Below are positions 38,333 through 46,564 of a stretch of 64,000 nucleotides of DNA, in pieces. A program made the translations under genes and the position numbers. The stretch spans positions 13,142 to 77,141 of the forward strand of contig JBAYKU010000002.1 of the NCBI GenBank assembly GCA_041664425.1, in the 5' to 3' direction. Position 1 is the first letter of the stretch, and the number at the start of each line of letters is the position of its first letter. This DNA is from Minisyncoccota bacterium. GTDB lineage: Bacteria; Patescibacteriota; Minisyncoccia; Phycocordibacterales; XYD1-FULL-46-19. Under the pieces are notes generated by a model. That model was not told the origin of the DNA. It made no database searches and was given only the letters and a program-made list of their open reading frames with translations.

Positions 38333-39631
38333 ATGTCTATAATCAAAGAATTTTTAAAAAATATTGTCATCGCTATTTTGCGTTTTGAAGCCAGACTAGT
38401 ATTAAAAAAATATCAGCCGAAAGTCGTCGGAGTGACTGGTAGTGTGGGCAAGACTTCGACCAAAGATGCAGTCTTTGCGGTGCTGGCTAATAAATTTAAA
38501 GTGCGAGCCAGCGCTAAAAGTTATAATACCGATTTTGGTGTACCTTTGACGGTGCTGGGCTGTGACAATGCTTGGAATGATGCTATCGGCTGGTTGGAGA
38601 TTATGCTTCATGGACTCTTGCTCCTCGCCTGGAAACAAGATTATCCAGAATGGCTAGTCTTGGAAGTGGGGGCTGATCGCCCGGGCGATATTAAAAGAAT
38701 TGTTAAATGGGTTAAATTTGATGTTGGGGTGGTCACTCGTTTGCCCGAAGTGCCTGTGCATATTGAGTTTTTTAAAAATAAGCATCAATACTTAGAAGAA
38801 AAACTTTCTCTGGTTCGGTCGTTAAAAGAAACTAATTGGGCGGTGCTCAATTTTGATGATTCGGCCATAAAGGAAGTGTCTGATCATATCAAAACGCAAG
38901 TGATTGGTTATGGTTTTGGAACCGATAATAAAATTCAAGCTTCCAATGTTTCTTTGCATTATGAGGGTGAAAAATTAGCCGGCCTATCTTTTAAAATAAA
39001 TTACAATGGTGATACCTTGCCTATCCGCCTCAATGGTATCGTCGGCCAACACCAAGTCTACTCAGCTCTAGCGGCTTTTGGTGTGGGTGTCAGTCAGGGA
39101 ATAAATCTAGTAGATATCGCTGACGCCTTATCTCGAATGCCTTTACCGCCAGGCCGATTGCGAGTTTTAACTGGGATTAAAAATACTATTTTACTGGATG
39201 ACACTTACAATGCTTCACCAGCGGCGATGGAGGCAGGACTAACGACTTTAGCCGAAATAAAAACTACAGGTAAAAAAATAGCCGCCTTAGCGGATATGTT
39301 GGAACTGGGCGAGCACACGATCGAAGCTCATCGGGCGATCGGTCGGCAGGTAAAAGGGATTGTTGATGATTTAGTTCTGGTCGGTTTGCGAGCAAAATTT
39401 ATTGGTGAGGGAGCCATCGAGGCCGGTTTCTCTGAAAAACATATTCACCATTTTGATGATTCAGTGTCCGCGGGAAAATTTATTCAAGATTTAATGGCTG
39501 AGGGGGATATTGTCTATCTCAAGGGTTCGCAAGGTATGCGGATGGAAAAAGCGGTAGAGGAAATTATGGCTGAGCCAGAGAAAAAAGGGGAGTTGTTGGT
39601 GAGACAGGATGGGGAGTGGCAGAAACGCTGA
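38333..39631 (+). CDS. murF: UDP-MurNAc-tripeptide--D-Ala-D-Ala ligase
   Basis: Motifs VTGSVGKTSTK, DDTYNASP, DMLELG and LKGS. Confidence 0.9.
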   Translation: MSIIKEFLKNIVIAILRFEARLVLKKYQPKVVGVTGSVGKTSTKDAVFAVLANKFKVRASAKSYNTDFGVPLTVLGCDNAWNDAIGWLEIMLHGLLLLAWKQDYPEWLVLEVGADRPGDIKRIVKWVKFDVGVVTRLPEVPVHIEFFKNKHQYLEEKLSLVRSLKETNWAVLNFDDSAIKEVSDHIKTQVIGYGFGTDNKIQASNVSLHYEGEKLAGLSFKINYNGDTLPIRLNGIVGQHQVYSALAAFGVGVSQGINLVDIADALSRMPLPPGRLRVLTGIKNTILLDDTYNASPAAMEAGLTTLAEIKTTGKKIAALADMLELGEHTIEAHRAIGRQVKGIVDDLVLVGLRAKFIGEGAIEAGFSEKHIHHFDDSVSAGKFIQDLMAEGDIVYLKGSQGMRMEKAVEEIMAEPEKKGELLVRQDGEWQKR

Positions 39632-39685
39632 TTGATGCGGATTCACCCACCAAAATTTTTCGAAGAAAAACTTAGGTGGGTAAAT
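39630..39685. repeat. CCACC...GGTGG hairpin repeat
   Basis: gattgatgcggattcacccaccaaaattttt-cgaag-aaaaacttaggtgggtaaat. Confidence 0.65.
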
Positions 39686-39755
39686 ACGAATACAGCAGAG
39701 ATGAAGACAGGACGTTGCGATAAATCGCAACGCCCTGGTTGGTAGCTCCGAGAAG

Positions 39756-40328
39756 CTACTTGTTGATAAACTTAACGCTGGCAAGGAGGCCAGCATTAAC
39801 AATTTCCTCAAGCCTCTCTTCGTCCTGTTGGACCAATTTTTTGCGGTTCACTTCCTTTAGGAACAACTCCGCCTCATCTCCGGCCGATGGATTGTTGCCT
39901 TTCATCCCCGCTATGAACTTGGCTTGGTCGTCTTTCGAGTACGCACCTGCTAACTCCATAGCCAAATTGGTGGTGTCAACTAGGGGATTGCCGGTAATAG
40001 CTTCCCAGTTCTTTACAATGGATCCGAAGGCCGCTCCAATTAGTTCGATGTGCCCAAAACTAGCTTTGGGTAGATTGATCGTCCAATAGAGCACTGCTCC
40101 ATCACTATCAAACAGACCACATTTTTTGACCCATCCAAGTTCTAGCACGACATTCTTGAAAAAACCGATGCCAAGCTGAGGCAGAATCCTCAACATTTTC
40201 TCGCGGTCGGCTTTTTCTTGATCTTCCTTTTTTTCTTTGCGGCGTTTTCTCCACTCGTTTAGAGCCGCACCAGTAAAGATGATTACCGCAACGAGTATTA
40301 CAAAACTTCCTGTGTATACCAAACCCAT
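39756..40328 (-). CDS. Orphan protein with an N-terminal TM (190 aa)
   Basis: AAGGAGAAC before ATG 40328, promoter at 40454-40486, hairpin at 39708-39737 downstream. Confidence 0.65.
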   Translation of the reverse strand: MGLVYTGSFVILVAVIIFTGAALNEWRKRRKEKKEDQEKADREKMLRILPQLGIGFFKNVVLELGWVKKCGLFDSDGAVLYWTINLPKASFGHIELIGAAFGSIVKNWEAITGNPLVDTTNLAMELAGAYSKDDQAKFIAGMKGNNPSAGDEAELFLKEVNRKKLVQQDEERLEEIVNAGLLASVKFINK

Positions 40329-40496
40329 GACCGTTCTCCTTGCACCCATGAGGTGCGGTGACTGACTTGACCCTGGCGTGACCAGGCATTCGAGGCATGA
40401 CCCCGAGCCAGCTTTTGACAATTTGGCCGTACTTACATTCGGGCCGTTTCTACCCTCTATTATAGCATATTGGTGAAATAAGTCAAGTATCAGCCT

Positions 40497-40525
40497 TTGC
40501 CAAAAGAGGGCCTAAATGTTATGAT
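40497..40525 (+). promoter_or_regulatory. Sigma70 promoter for the tRNA-Glu / GIY-YIG unit
   Basis: TTGCCA, 17-nt spacer, extended -10 TGtTATGAT, 15 nt before the duplicated tRNA 5' end. Confidence 0.75.
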
Positions 40526-40540
40526 TTTTGGGTAAATTTT

Positions 40541-40584
40541 GGCCTCATCGTCCCTGCCTGCGCAGGCAGGTAACGGTTAGGACA
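40541..40584 (+). pseudogene. Duplicated 5' fragment (nt 1-26) of tRNA-Glu, interrupted by an 18-bp palindrome
   Basis: ggcctcatcgtc[cctgcctgcgcaggcagg]taacggttaggaca equals 40835-40860 once the insert is removed. Confidence 0.9.
40553..40570. repeat. 18-bp perfect palindrome CCTGCCTGCGCAGGCAGG, copy 1
   Basis: Exactly self-complementary. Identical copy at 42565-42582. Confidence 0.95.
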
Positions 40585-40598
40585 GATTCTAACTTTTT

Positions 40599-40856
40599 AT
40601 GTCATTTGTCTACATAATAAAAAGTTCAAAGACAAACTGGTATTATGTTGGATCGACTGAGAGTTTGGAACAGAGACTCGCGACACATAATCGCGGAGAA
40701 GTTAAAACTACAAAATCGAAAAGACCTCTAATCCTTGTTTATTCCGAAAAATTCGATAATATTACCGAAGCTCGAAAGAGAGAAAGGCAAATAAAAGATC
40801 AGAGAATTTTGAAAGAAAAAATAATAAACAATTTGGCCTCATCGTCTAACGGTTAG
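40599..40856 (+). CDS. Small GIY-YIG nuclease (UPF0213/YhbQ-like)
   Basis: Pattern FVYII...YYVGST..L..RL..HN.G....T...RP..LVY.E......EA..RE.QIK. Confidence 0.92.
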   Translation: MSFVYIIKSSKTNWYYVGSTESLEQRLATHNRGEVKTTKSKRPLILVYSEKFDNITEARKRERQIKDQRILKEKIINNLASSSNG

Positions 40857-40906
40857 GACATCGCCTTCTCAAGGCGGTAATCGGGGTCCGATTCCCCGTG
40901 AGGTCA
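40835..40906 (+). tRNA. tRNA-Glu (CTC), no encoded CCA
   Basis: Acceptor stem GGCCTCA/TGAGGTC, anticodon arm TCGCC-TT CTC AA-GGCGG, T arm CGGGG-TCCGATT-CCCCG. Confidence 0.95.
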
Positions 40907-41199
40907 CAAAGCGTAAAAAAGCCTGCCCTGCGGCAGGTTTTTAGCTTTGTGAAAGCACGGCAATGTTTTTCTCTGTTCTCATCAGAGAAAAACCGCGAGC
41001 TGGGGTCGGCAAGTACTTAGGTAGAATTTGAGCGTAGCGAAAAATTATACTTAGTAACTTGTGACCACATAAATTTTGAGCCCACTGTAGAGCTCTTTTT
41101 TGTATCTTTATCTAATCTGTGGTACTATCTAGTCAGATCGCCGAGGGAAGTCTGACAATGTTGTCAGTCTAAACTGGGCCAAAAATAAAGGAGTTTTTT

Positions 41200-41379
41200 A
41201 TGTCAGAACCATCGCAGGAAGAAATTGAACGAGCTTATGGTGAAGGAAGAGAAGCTGCTGAGAAAGCCGATTTCATTGACCTAGTCGCGCATGGTGTTGG
41301 TGATATAGTTGGCGGTCCTCCCGATCCTATCGAGGATGCTAGAGACAAGGGCTTCCACGACAAATGTGAAGGTCGATAG
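41200..41379 (+). CDS. 59-aa acidic orphan microprotein (not in the ORF track)
   Basis: AAGGAG before the ATG. Protein MSEPSQEEIERAYGEGREAAEKADFIDLVAHGVGDIVGGPPDPIEDARDKGFHDKCEGR. Confidence 0.65.
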   Translation: MSEPSQEEIERAYGEGREAAEKADFIDLVAHGVGDIVGGPPDPIEDARDKGFHDKCEGR

Positions 41380-41409
41380 ATCTTAAGCCATGATATCTGT
41401 TTTGTATTC

Positions 41410-41448
41410 ACAGGATAACCTTTCCAAAAGGTTATCCTGTTTTATTTT
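41410..41448 (+). terminator. Intrinsic terminator
   Basis: Hairpin acaggataaccttt-cca-aaaggttatcctgt followed by a T tract. Confidence 0.8.
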
Positions 41449-41490
41449 GCCTAATTTTTCTTTACCCCTCTTTTTTGTTATTATAGCTCT

Positions 41491-42549
41491 ATGAGTCTTA
41501 CTATTATTTTTGCCATTATTGGTGCTCTAGTCAGCGGTTTTGCGATAGCTTGGTTTTTAGCCAAAAAGGGGACGGCCGAGGCTCCAGCGACCGACAATTC
41601 CGCCATGCTGATGCTCCAAAATCAGCTCAATACTTTGATCAAAACGGTGGACGATAAACTGGGGGAGTCATCACGCCATATGCAGACCTCGATTCAAAAT
41701 CAGTTTTCCGAATCGTCCAAAATTATTCGTGATGTGACCGAACGCCTGACCAAACTCGATGAGACGAACCGACAAGTGGTGGGTTTTGCCGATCAGCTCC
41801 AGTCGCTCCAAGATATTCTGAAAAATCCGAAACAGCGGGGGATTCTGGGCGAGTATTATCTCGAAACTTTATTGAAAAATGTCCTACCGCCAGGCTCTTT
41901 TCAAATGCAATATCCCTTTGCCGATGGCACGATTGTGGATGCCGTGGTGTTTGTAAAAGAAAAAATTATTCCAATTGATTCCAAGTTTTCATTGGAAAAT
42001 TATAATCGTCTGGCCGAGGAGCAGAATCCGGCCGAGCGCGAACGCCTCGAAAAGGCTTTTAAAGCCGATCTCAAACTCCGCATTGACGAGACCGCCAAAT
42101 ATGTCAAACCGTCCGAGGGGACGATGGATTTTGCCTTTATGTTTATTCCCCATGAGGCAGTTTATTACGATTTACTGGTCACTCAGGTGGGGGCGGTCAA
42201 GGTCAATACTCGGGATTTGGTCGAGTACGCCTTCAAGGAAAAGCACGTCATTATCGTCTCGCCGACCTCCTTTTTGGCCTATCTGCAGACCGTCCTACAG
42301 GGCCTAAAAGCCCTCCAGATCGAAGAATCAGCCAAAGAGATCCGTAAGCGGGTCGAGGAGCTAGGCAAGCACCTGGGGGCCTATGATCAGTATATGCAGA
42401 AGCTAGGCGGGGCCCTCGGGACGACTGTGGGGCACTTTAATACCGCCCACAAAGAGCTCAAAAAGATCGACAAGGACGTCCTCCGGATTTCCGGAGAAGG
42501 GGCCGGAATTGAGCCACTGGTTCTCGAAAAGCCGAGTGAGGATGAATAA
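41491..42549 (+). CDS. rmuC: DNA recombination protein RmuC
   Basis: TM, coiled coil, NPKQRGILGE, IPIDSKF, TMDFAFMFIP.E and VSPT. Confidence 0.93.
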   Translation: MSLTIIFAIIGALVSGFAIAWFLAKKGTAEAPATDNSAMLMLQNQLNTLIKTVDDKLGESSRHMQTSIQNQFSESSKIIRDVTERLTKLDETNRQVVGFADQLQSLQDILKNPKQRGILGEYYLETLLKNVLPPGSFQMQYPFADGTIVDAVVFVKEKIIPIDSKFSLENYNRLAEEQNPAERERLEKAFKADLKLRIDETAKYVKPSEGTMDFAFMFIPHEAVYYDLLVTQVGAVKVNTRDLVEYAFKEKHVIIVSPTSFLAYLQTVLQGLKALQIEESAKEIRKRVEELGKHLGAYDQYMQKLGGALGTTVGHFNTAHKELKKIDKDVLRISGEGAGIEPLVLEKPSEDE

Positions 42550-42564
42550 TTCCATGAGCTTTTA

Positions 42565-42582
42565 CCTGCCTGCGCAGGCAGG
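42565..42582. repeat. 18-bp perfect palindrome CCTGCCTGCGCAGGCAGG, copy 2
   Basis: Identical to 40553-40570. It interrupts ta|gctgttaggttatag, which is intact at 46466-46482. Confidence 0.95.
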
Positions 42583-42634
42583 GCTGTTAGGTTATAGCTT
42601 TTAGGAAGGGGAATCGTCTGCGTTTTTGGGGTTG

Positions 42635-42706
42635 CCCGGTAGTGAATTTTGGTCTTGTCCGCTCAGAGCGGACGCTTGCAAAGCGAGACCAAAATCTACT
42701 ACCGGG
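42635..42706. repeat. 72-bp three-way-junction element flanked by TTG
   Basis: Outer stem cccggtagt..attttggtct / agaccaaaat..actaccggg encloses hairpins gtccgc/gcggac and cgct/agcg. Confidence 0.7.
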
Positions 42707-42742
42707 TTGCCAAATTTAGCCTTTTAGTATAGAATAACCCCT

Positions 42743-43054
42743 ATGAAATTCGCTGTAATAGAAACAGGTGGAAAACAGTACAAGGTCGCCGAGGGCGACG
42801 TTTTAAACGTTGAGAAGCTCCCAAAGGGCTCTTCGGAGACCATCTCTTTTGATAAAGTCCTCTTGATTGACAATGGCAAGGACACCATGATTGGCGCTCC
42901 TTATCTCGATGGTGCGGTTGTGACTGCTAGCCGAGTGGAAGATGGCCGGGACAAGAAAATCACCGTCATTAAATACAAGAACAAAATCCGCTACAAGAAA
43001 ACTCAGGGTCACCGCCAACCATTCACCAAAATCAAAATCGAAAAAATCGGCTAG
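42743..43054 (+). CDS. rplU: 50S ribosomal protein L21
   Basis: Motifs FAVIETGGKQYKV and GHRQPFT. Confidence 0.98.
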   Translation: MKFAVIETGGKQYKVAEGDVLNVEKLPKGSSETISFDKVLLIDNGKDTMIGAPYLDGAVVTASRVEDGRDKKITVIKYKNKIRYKKTQGHRQPFTKIKIEKIG

Positions 43055-43103
43055 GAGCTCAACGCGGACTAATGCAGACGGGACGCAGACTGACGCAACC
43101 AAG

Positions 43104-43133
43104 AAAAAATCGGCTTCAGGCCGATTTTTTTTT
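43104..43133 (+). terminator. Intrinsic terminator
   Basis: Hairpin aaaaaatcggc-ttcag-gccgatttttt followed by a T tract. Confidence 0.85.
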
Positions 43134-43232
43134 GGGCATCACTTGATATTTTTTTTTATTTATGTTATGATTTATAGAGGATCTGCACAATAACGTGTAG
43201 ATAGGTTTAAACAAAGCTGGGAGGAGAAAGCT

Positions 43233-43547
43233 ATGTTGGAAAGTATGAGTCAGACGGGGCTAGAGGAGTTGGCCCAAAACCTGGCCAAACTTCCTCCTGA
43301 AGTCAGGGACGCCTTTCTACAGGAGGAACGAATGGCAGATAAGAGAGATGAGGAGTCTTTCAGAAAGGTGCGTATGGTATGCCTTTCCCTGCTCTGTATG
43401 TTCTTTCTCGGGACACTTTCGAGTGTCTTGTACGATGCGAACATTGCGGTGCAGATGAAGATTTCATGGTCCGTCGTTTCAGCCATGTTTTCCATCGCTC
43501 TGGTTTTACAGGTCTTTCGTTACCGTTTTTTTTGTCGCCAAGACTGA
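43233..43547 (+). CDS. Orphan protein with two TM helices
   Basis: Upstream TTGATA...TGtTATGAT promoter, GGGAGGAGAAAG RBS, terminator at 43573-43611. Confidence 0.65.
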   Translation: MLESMSQTGLEELAQNLAKLPPEVRDAFLQEERMADKRDEESFRKVRMVCLSLLCMFFLGTLSSVLYDANIAVQMKISWSVVSAMFSIALVLQVFRYRFFCRQD

Positions 43548-43572
43548 CCCATGTCTGCGACGAATTTCATCT

Positions 43573-43611
43573 TCGGCACTTGCGAGTCTTTGCAAGTGCC
43601 GATCTTTTTTT
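43573..43611 (+). terminator. Intrinsic terminator
   Basis: Hairpin tcggcacttgc-gagtcttt-gcaagtgccga followed by a T tract. Confidence 0.8.
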
Positions 43612-43724
43612 CCACAACCTTTTTAATTTATAGTAGTTAATTGTAGAGCTGTGTAGTATACTTGAATAAATGCTTATAAACTAAGCATTTATTTTATTTA
43701 TATATTAGTAACCTTATTAAAAAA

Positions 43725-46454
43725 ATGAAAAAGTATTTTATTGCTTTGGCATTGGTGGCTTTAGTCATTGTGCCAGTAGTCACAGTCAAAGCAGCCACAG
43801 TCGATGAATTATTAGCCCAGATTGCAGCTTTGACGGCTCAAATCAATTCTTTGCAATCACAAGTGTCATCACTTAGTAGTGGTTCCACGAATTCTATTTC
43901 CACTTCTGCTGGCGCTAAACCAGAAGTAAAGTTGATCTCTAAATCAGTGAGCATTCAACCAGCTGATGGTGATTGTGGAAAAGTTGGTTGCCCTACAGTC
44001 TTAAGAGCCAATTTTAAAGTTCAGGTGACGAACAAGAACACTAATCCTATTTATGTTTGGCCAGAAGCTTTTTGGCAGACTTTCTTTACTGAGAGTTCGG
44101 GTAAAAGAGTTTCTGATCGCTGTACTCAGAGCGCCGACCTAAGCACTGCTAACAATATTTCCACTCGAGCCGGTGGTAATGGTGTAAATTACAGCCTTCT
44201 GGAACCAGGTAAAACTTACAATGTTAATGTCAGCCTTTCTTGCCAAACCAATCATCTTTTGGCTGGTGCCTATACTGGTGTCTTAAATAAGATGTTTTAT
44301 CGTACTAATGAAACCATTAACGTCAACGGCCTACCTGATTTTGAAGTTTCTCTGAGTTTGAAAACTAGTAGAAAAACTATCGTTGGTGAACAGGGACCAT
44401 ACATTTCTTCGGTTAGTATAAATAGCCAGAAACAAGTTGTAATCAATGGTGAAAGACTCAGTAAAGTAAACATGGTTAATATTGGTGGCTACGCTATTTC
44501 CTCGACTGGTAGTAATTTTTCTACTTATGTTCGTATCAATAAAAATGGCAAGCAAATCATTGCCGATGTCCAAAAAGAAGATTGGTTAAATTGGCAGAAA
44601 GATCTAGTGGTTGTTTACGTGGCTACACCAGTCGGTGAGAGTAATAGAGTGGCGGTGGGTAACATTATCTCAACTATTTCGGAGGTTGTTACACCGCAAG
44701 TTGATCATGGTGGCCTGTACTCGGTTGGCGAAAGCGATGTTTATGTAAACATAAGAGAAAATCAAACTATCTCGTCCGCTTTTACACTTACGGGTACAGC
44801 CTCTAACGTATTTGAAGGACAGTGGGGGAATGTTAAACTTTATGATAGTGCCAATAATCTTTTAGGAACTAAAAACCTAGTTGTTGGTTGTGATTACGGC
44901 AAAACTAATTGCCCATTTACCCCAGTTTCTTTTAATGTAAATCCTAAAACTGGCTTTGGCTACTTTATTTTCAGCATAGACAATCAGTCTGACCTGAGAC
45001 AATACGACAGGAGGTATCGTCTAAATATTGTTTTTAGTGATGTGCCAGTAATTCAACCTTCGATTACTACTATTTCACCAAATGGGGGAGAGACATTTAA
45101 GATTGGGGATACCATTTCGGTTCATTGGGCAAGCAAAAATCTTCCACCATCCGATCGGTTGAATGTTTATCTCTATAGTCCAATTATTGCAGATGTTCCT
45201 GGCCATTCATTTACCACTTCGGCAGTTAATACCTCATATCAGTTTCCCTTGTTGAACAATTTGACACCTGGTTCCTACAAGGTCAATGTTTGTGATCACG
45301 CCTTGTCTCCTGCTGGTCTATCTGGGAAGTCTCTGTGTGATATTAGCGACGACTACTTCACCATTGTTTCCGCTAATTCTACCCTTTCAGCTCCCACCAA
45401 TCTTAAGGCCGATGTTTCTTCTGATGCTTCTGGTAATAAAGTTAAATTAAGTTGGAATCCGGTTGTTGGAGCAGAACAATATGTTGTAGAGAAGTATATA
45501 GAAAATAATCCAACTAACCCTTCTAACCATTGGGTTCGCATCAACATTGGTTACTCGATTCTTACCGATACTAATTTTGTTGATTCTAGTTCGGTAATTC
45601 CTGGTAAAAAATATGATTATCGAGTATGGGCCGCCAGAGGTTCTGGACCAGACTTTATAAGATCTGATTACTCAAATCAGGTGAGTGCCAGAATAAGTTC
45701 TGCTTCTAGTGGTTCCGTCTCTGATAGTATTAGTGGCAGTGTTCCTACTGGTAAACTGGTTATCAACTCTATTTCCGGTTCTGGCAACCTGATTGCTACT
45801 GGGGTAAATAAAACTTGGGTTGTGGAGACAACTGTCCCTTCCAATGCCTCTGTTTTAAATTACTCAGTTGACTGGGGTGATGGTTTGGCCAATAAAACTG
45901 CCGGTGATCATAGTGTCTCCTCTAACTTTAAGTCTACTTTTTCTGCTAGTCATACTTATAATACTGCTGGTGTTTACACCGTTAGAATGGATCTAAGTGC
46001 AGGTGGACAATCAATCTCTAGGGTCTTTAAGGTGGTGGTGGCTGGCCTCACTGTAAAGCCTGCTATCGTCTTATTATCTCCTAACGGCCGAGAAACTTGG
46101 TATACCGGTACTACTAAAAATATTACTTGGTCTAGCAAGGGCTTACCAGCTGATTCAAAGATAGATTTAGAAATTTACGAAGATGGTAAGAGTAAAGATC
46201 TTGCCACTACTATAACCAGTGGCCTAACTCCCACACTATCGAGTTATGCTTGGGGAATCAGCACTTGGCCTACTCCAGATAAAAAATATCGAGTGGTGGT
46301 AAAAGTAATAGATAAAAATGGTTCTTTTATCGCTACAGATGAATCAAATAGCTCATTTTTGTTAGCTTCACCTAAAGGTGCCAATATTTCTGCTATCAAC
46401 CAAATGGCTAGCGCGCTGGAAGCCATCAAAGCTTTGGCTCAGACACTAAGGTAG
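43725..46454 (+). CDS. Large secreted surface protein with Ig-like, FN3, PKD and SPNGGE-type domains
   Basis: Signal peptide, 'ELLAQIAALTAQI' coiled coil, TGTA.NVFEG, two SPNG(G/R)E domains, SAPTNL FN3, YSVDWGDG...HTY PKD. Confidence 0.8.
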   Translation: MKKYFIALALVALVIVPVVTVKAATVDELLAQIAALTAQINSLQSQVSSLSSGSTNSISTSAGAKPEVKLISKSVSIQPADGDCGKVGCPTVLRANFKVQVTNKNTNPIYVWPEAFWQTFFTESSGKRVSDRCTQSADLSTANNISTRAGGNGVNYSLLEPGKTYNVNVSLSCQTNHLLAGAYTGVLNKMFYRTNETINVNGLPDFEVSLSLKTSRKTIVGEQGPYISSVSINSQKQVVINGERLSKVNMVNIGGYAISSTGSNFSTYVRINKNGKQIIADVQKEDWLNWQKDLVVVYVATPVGESNRVAVGNIISTISEVVTPQVDHGGLYSVGESDVYVNIRENQTISSAFTLTGTASNVFEGQWGNVKLYDSANNLLGTKNLVVGCDYGKTNCPFTPVSFNVNPKTGFGYFIFSIDNQSDLRQYDRRYRLNIVFSDVPVIQPSITTISPNGGETFKIGDTISVHWASKNLPPSDRLNVYLYSPIIADVPGHSFTTSAVNTSYQFPLLNNLTPGSYKVNVCDHALSPAGLSGKSLCDISDDYFTIVSANSTLSAPTNLKADVSSDASGNKVKLSWNPVVGAEQYVVEKYIENNPTNPSNHWVRINIGYSILTDTNFVDSSSVIPGKKYDYRVWAARGSGPDFIRSDYSNQVSARISSASSGSVSDSISGSVPTGKLVINSISGSGNLIATGVNKTWVVETTVPSNASVLNYSVDWGDGLANKTAGDHSVSSNFKSTFSASHTYNTAGVYTVRMDLSAGGQSISRVFKVVVAGLTVKPAIVLLSPNGRETWYTGTTKNITWSSKGLPADSKIDLEIYEDGKSKDLATTITSGLTPTLSSYAWGISTWPTPDKKYRVVVKVIDKNGSFIATDESNSSFLLASPKGANISAINQMASALEAIKALAQTLR

Positions 46455-46495
46455 GCGATAGATTGTAGCTGTTAGGTTATAGTAAAATACAAATC

Positions 46496-46532
46496 AAAAC
46501 CAGCGTGAAGGCTTTGCCTTCACGCTGGTTTT
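46496..46532. terminator. Bidirectional terminator
   Basis: Hairpin aaaaccagcgtgaaggc-ttt-gccttcacgctggtttt. Confidence 0.9.
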
Positions 46533-46564
46533 TCTAAAAGCTAAAAGCTCTCACCTAAAAGCTA

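Noticed and set aside
39756-41448. Prophage or integrase-type island at tRNA-Glu
   Set aside because: No integrase or phage genes and no tRNA 3'-end duplication; only the 5' duplication around the GIY-YIG gene is supported.
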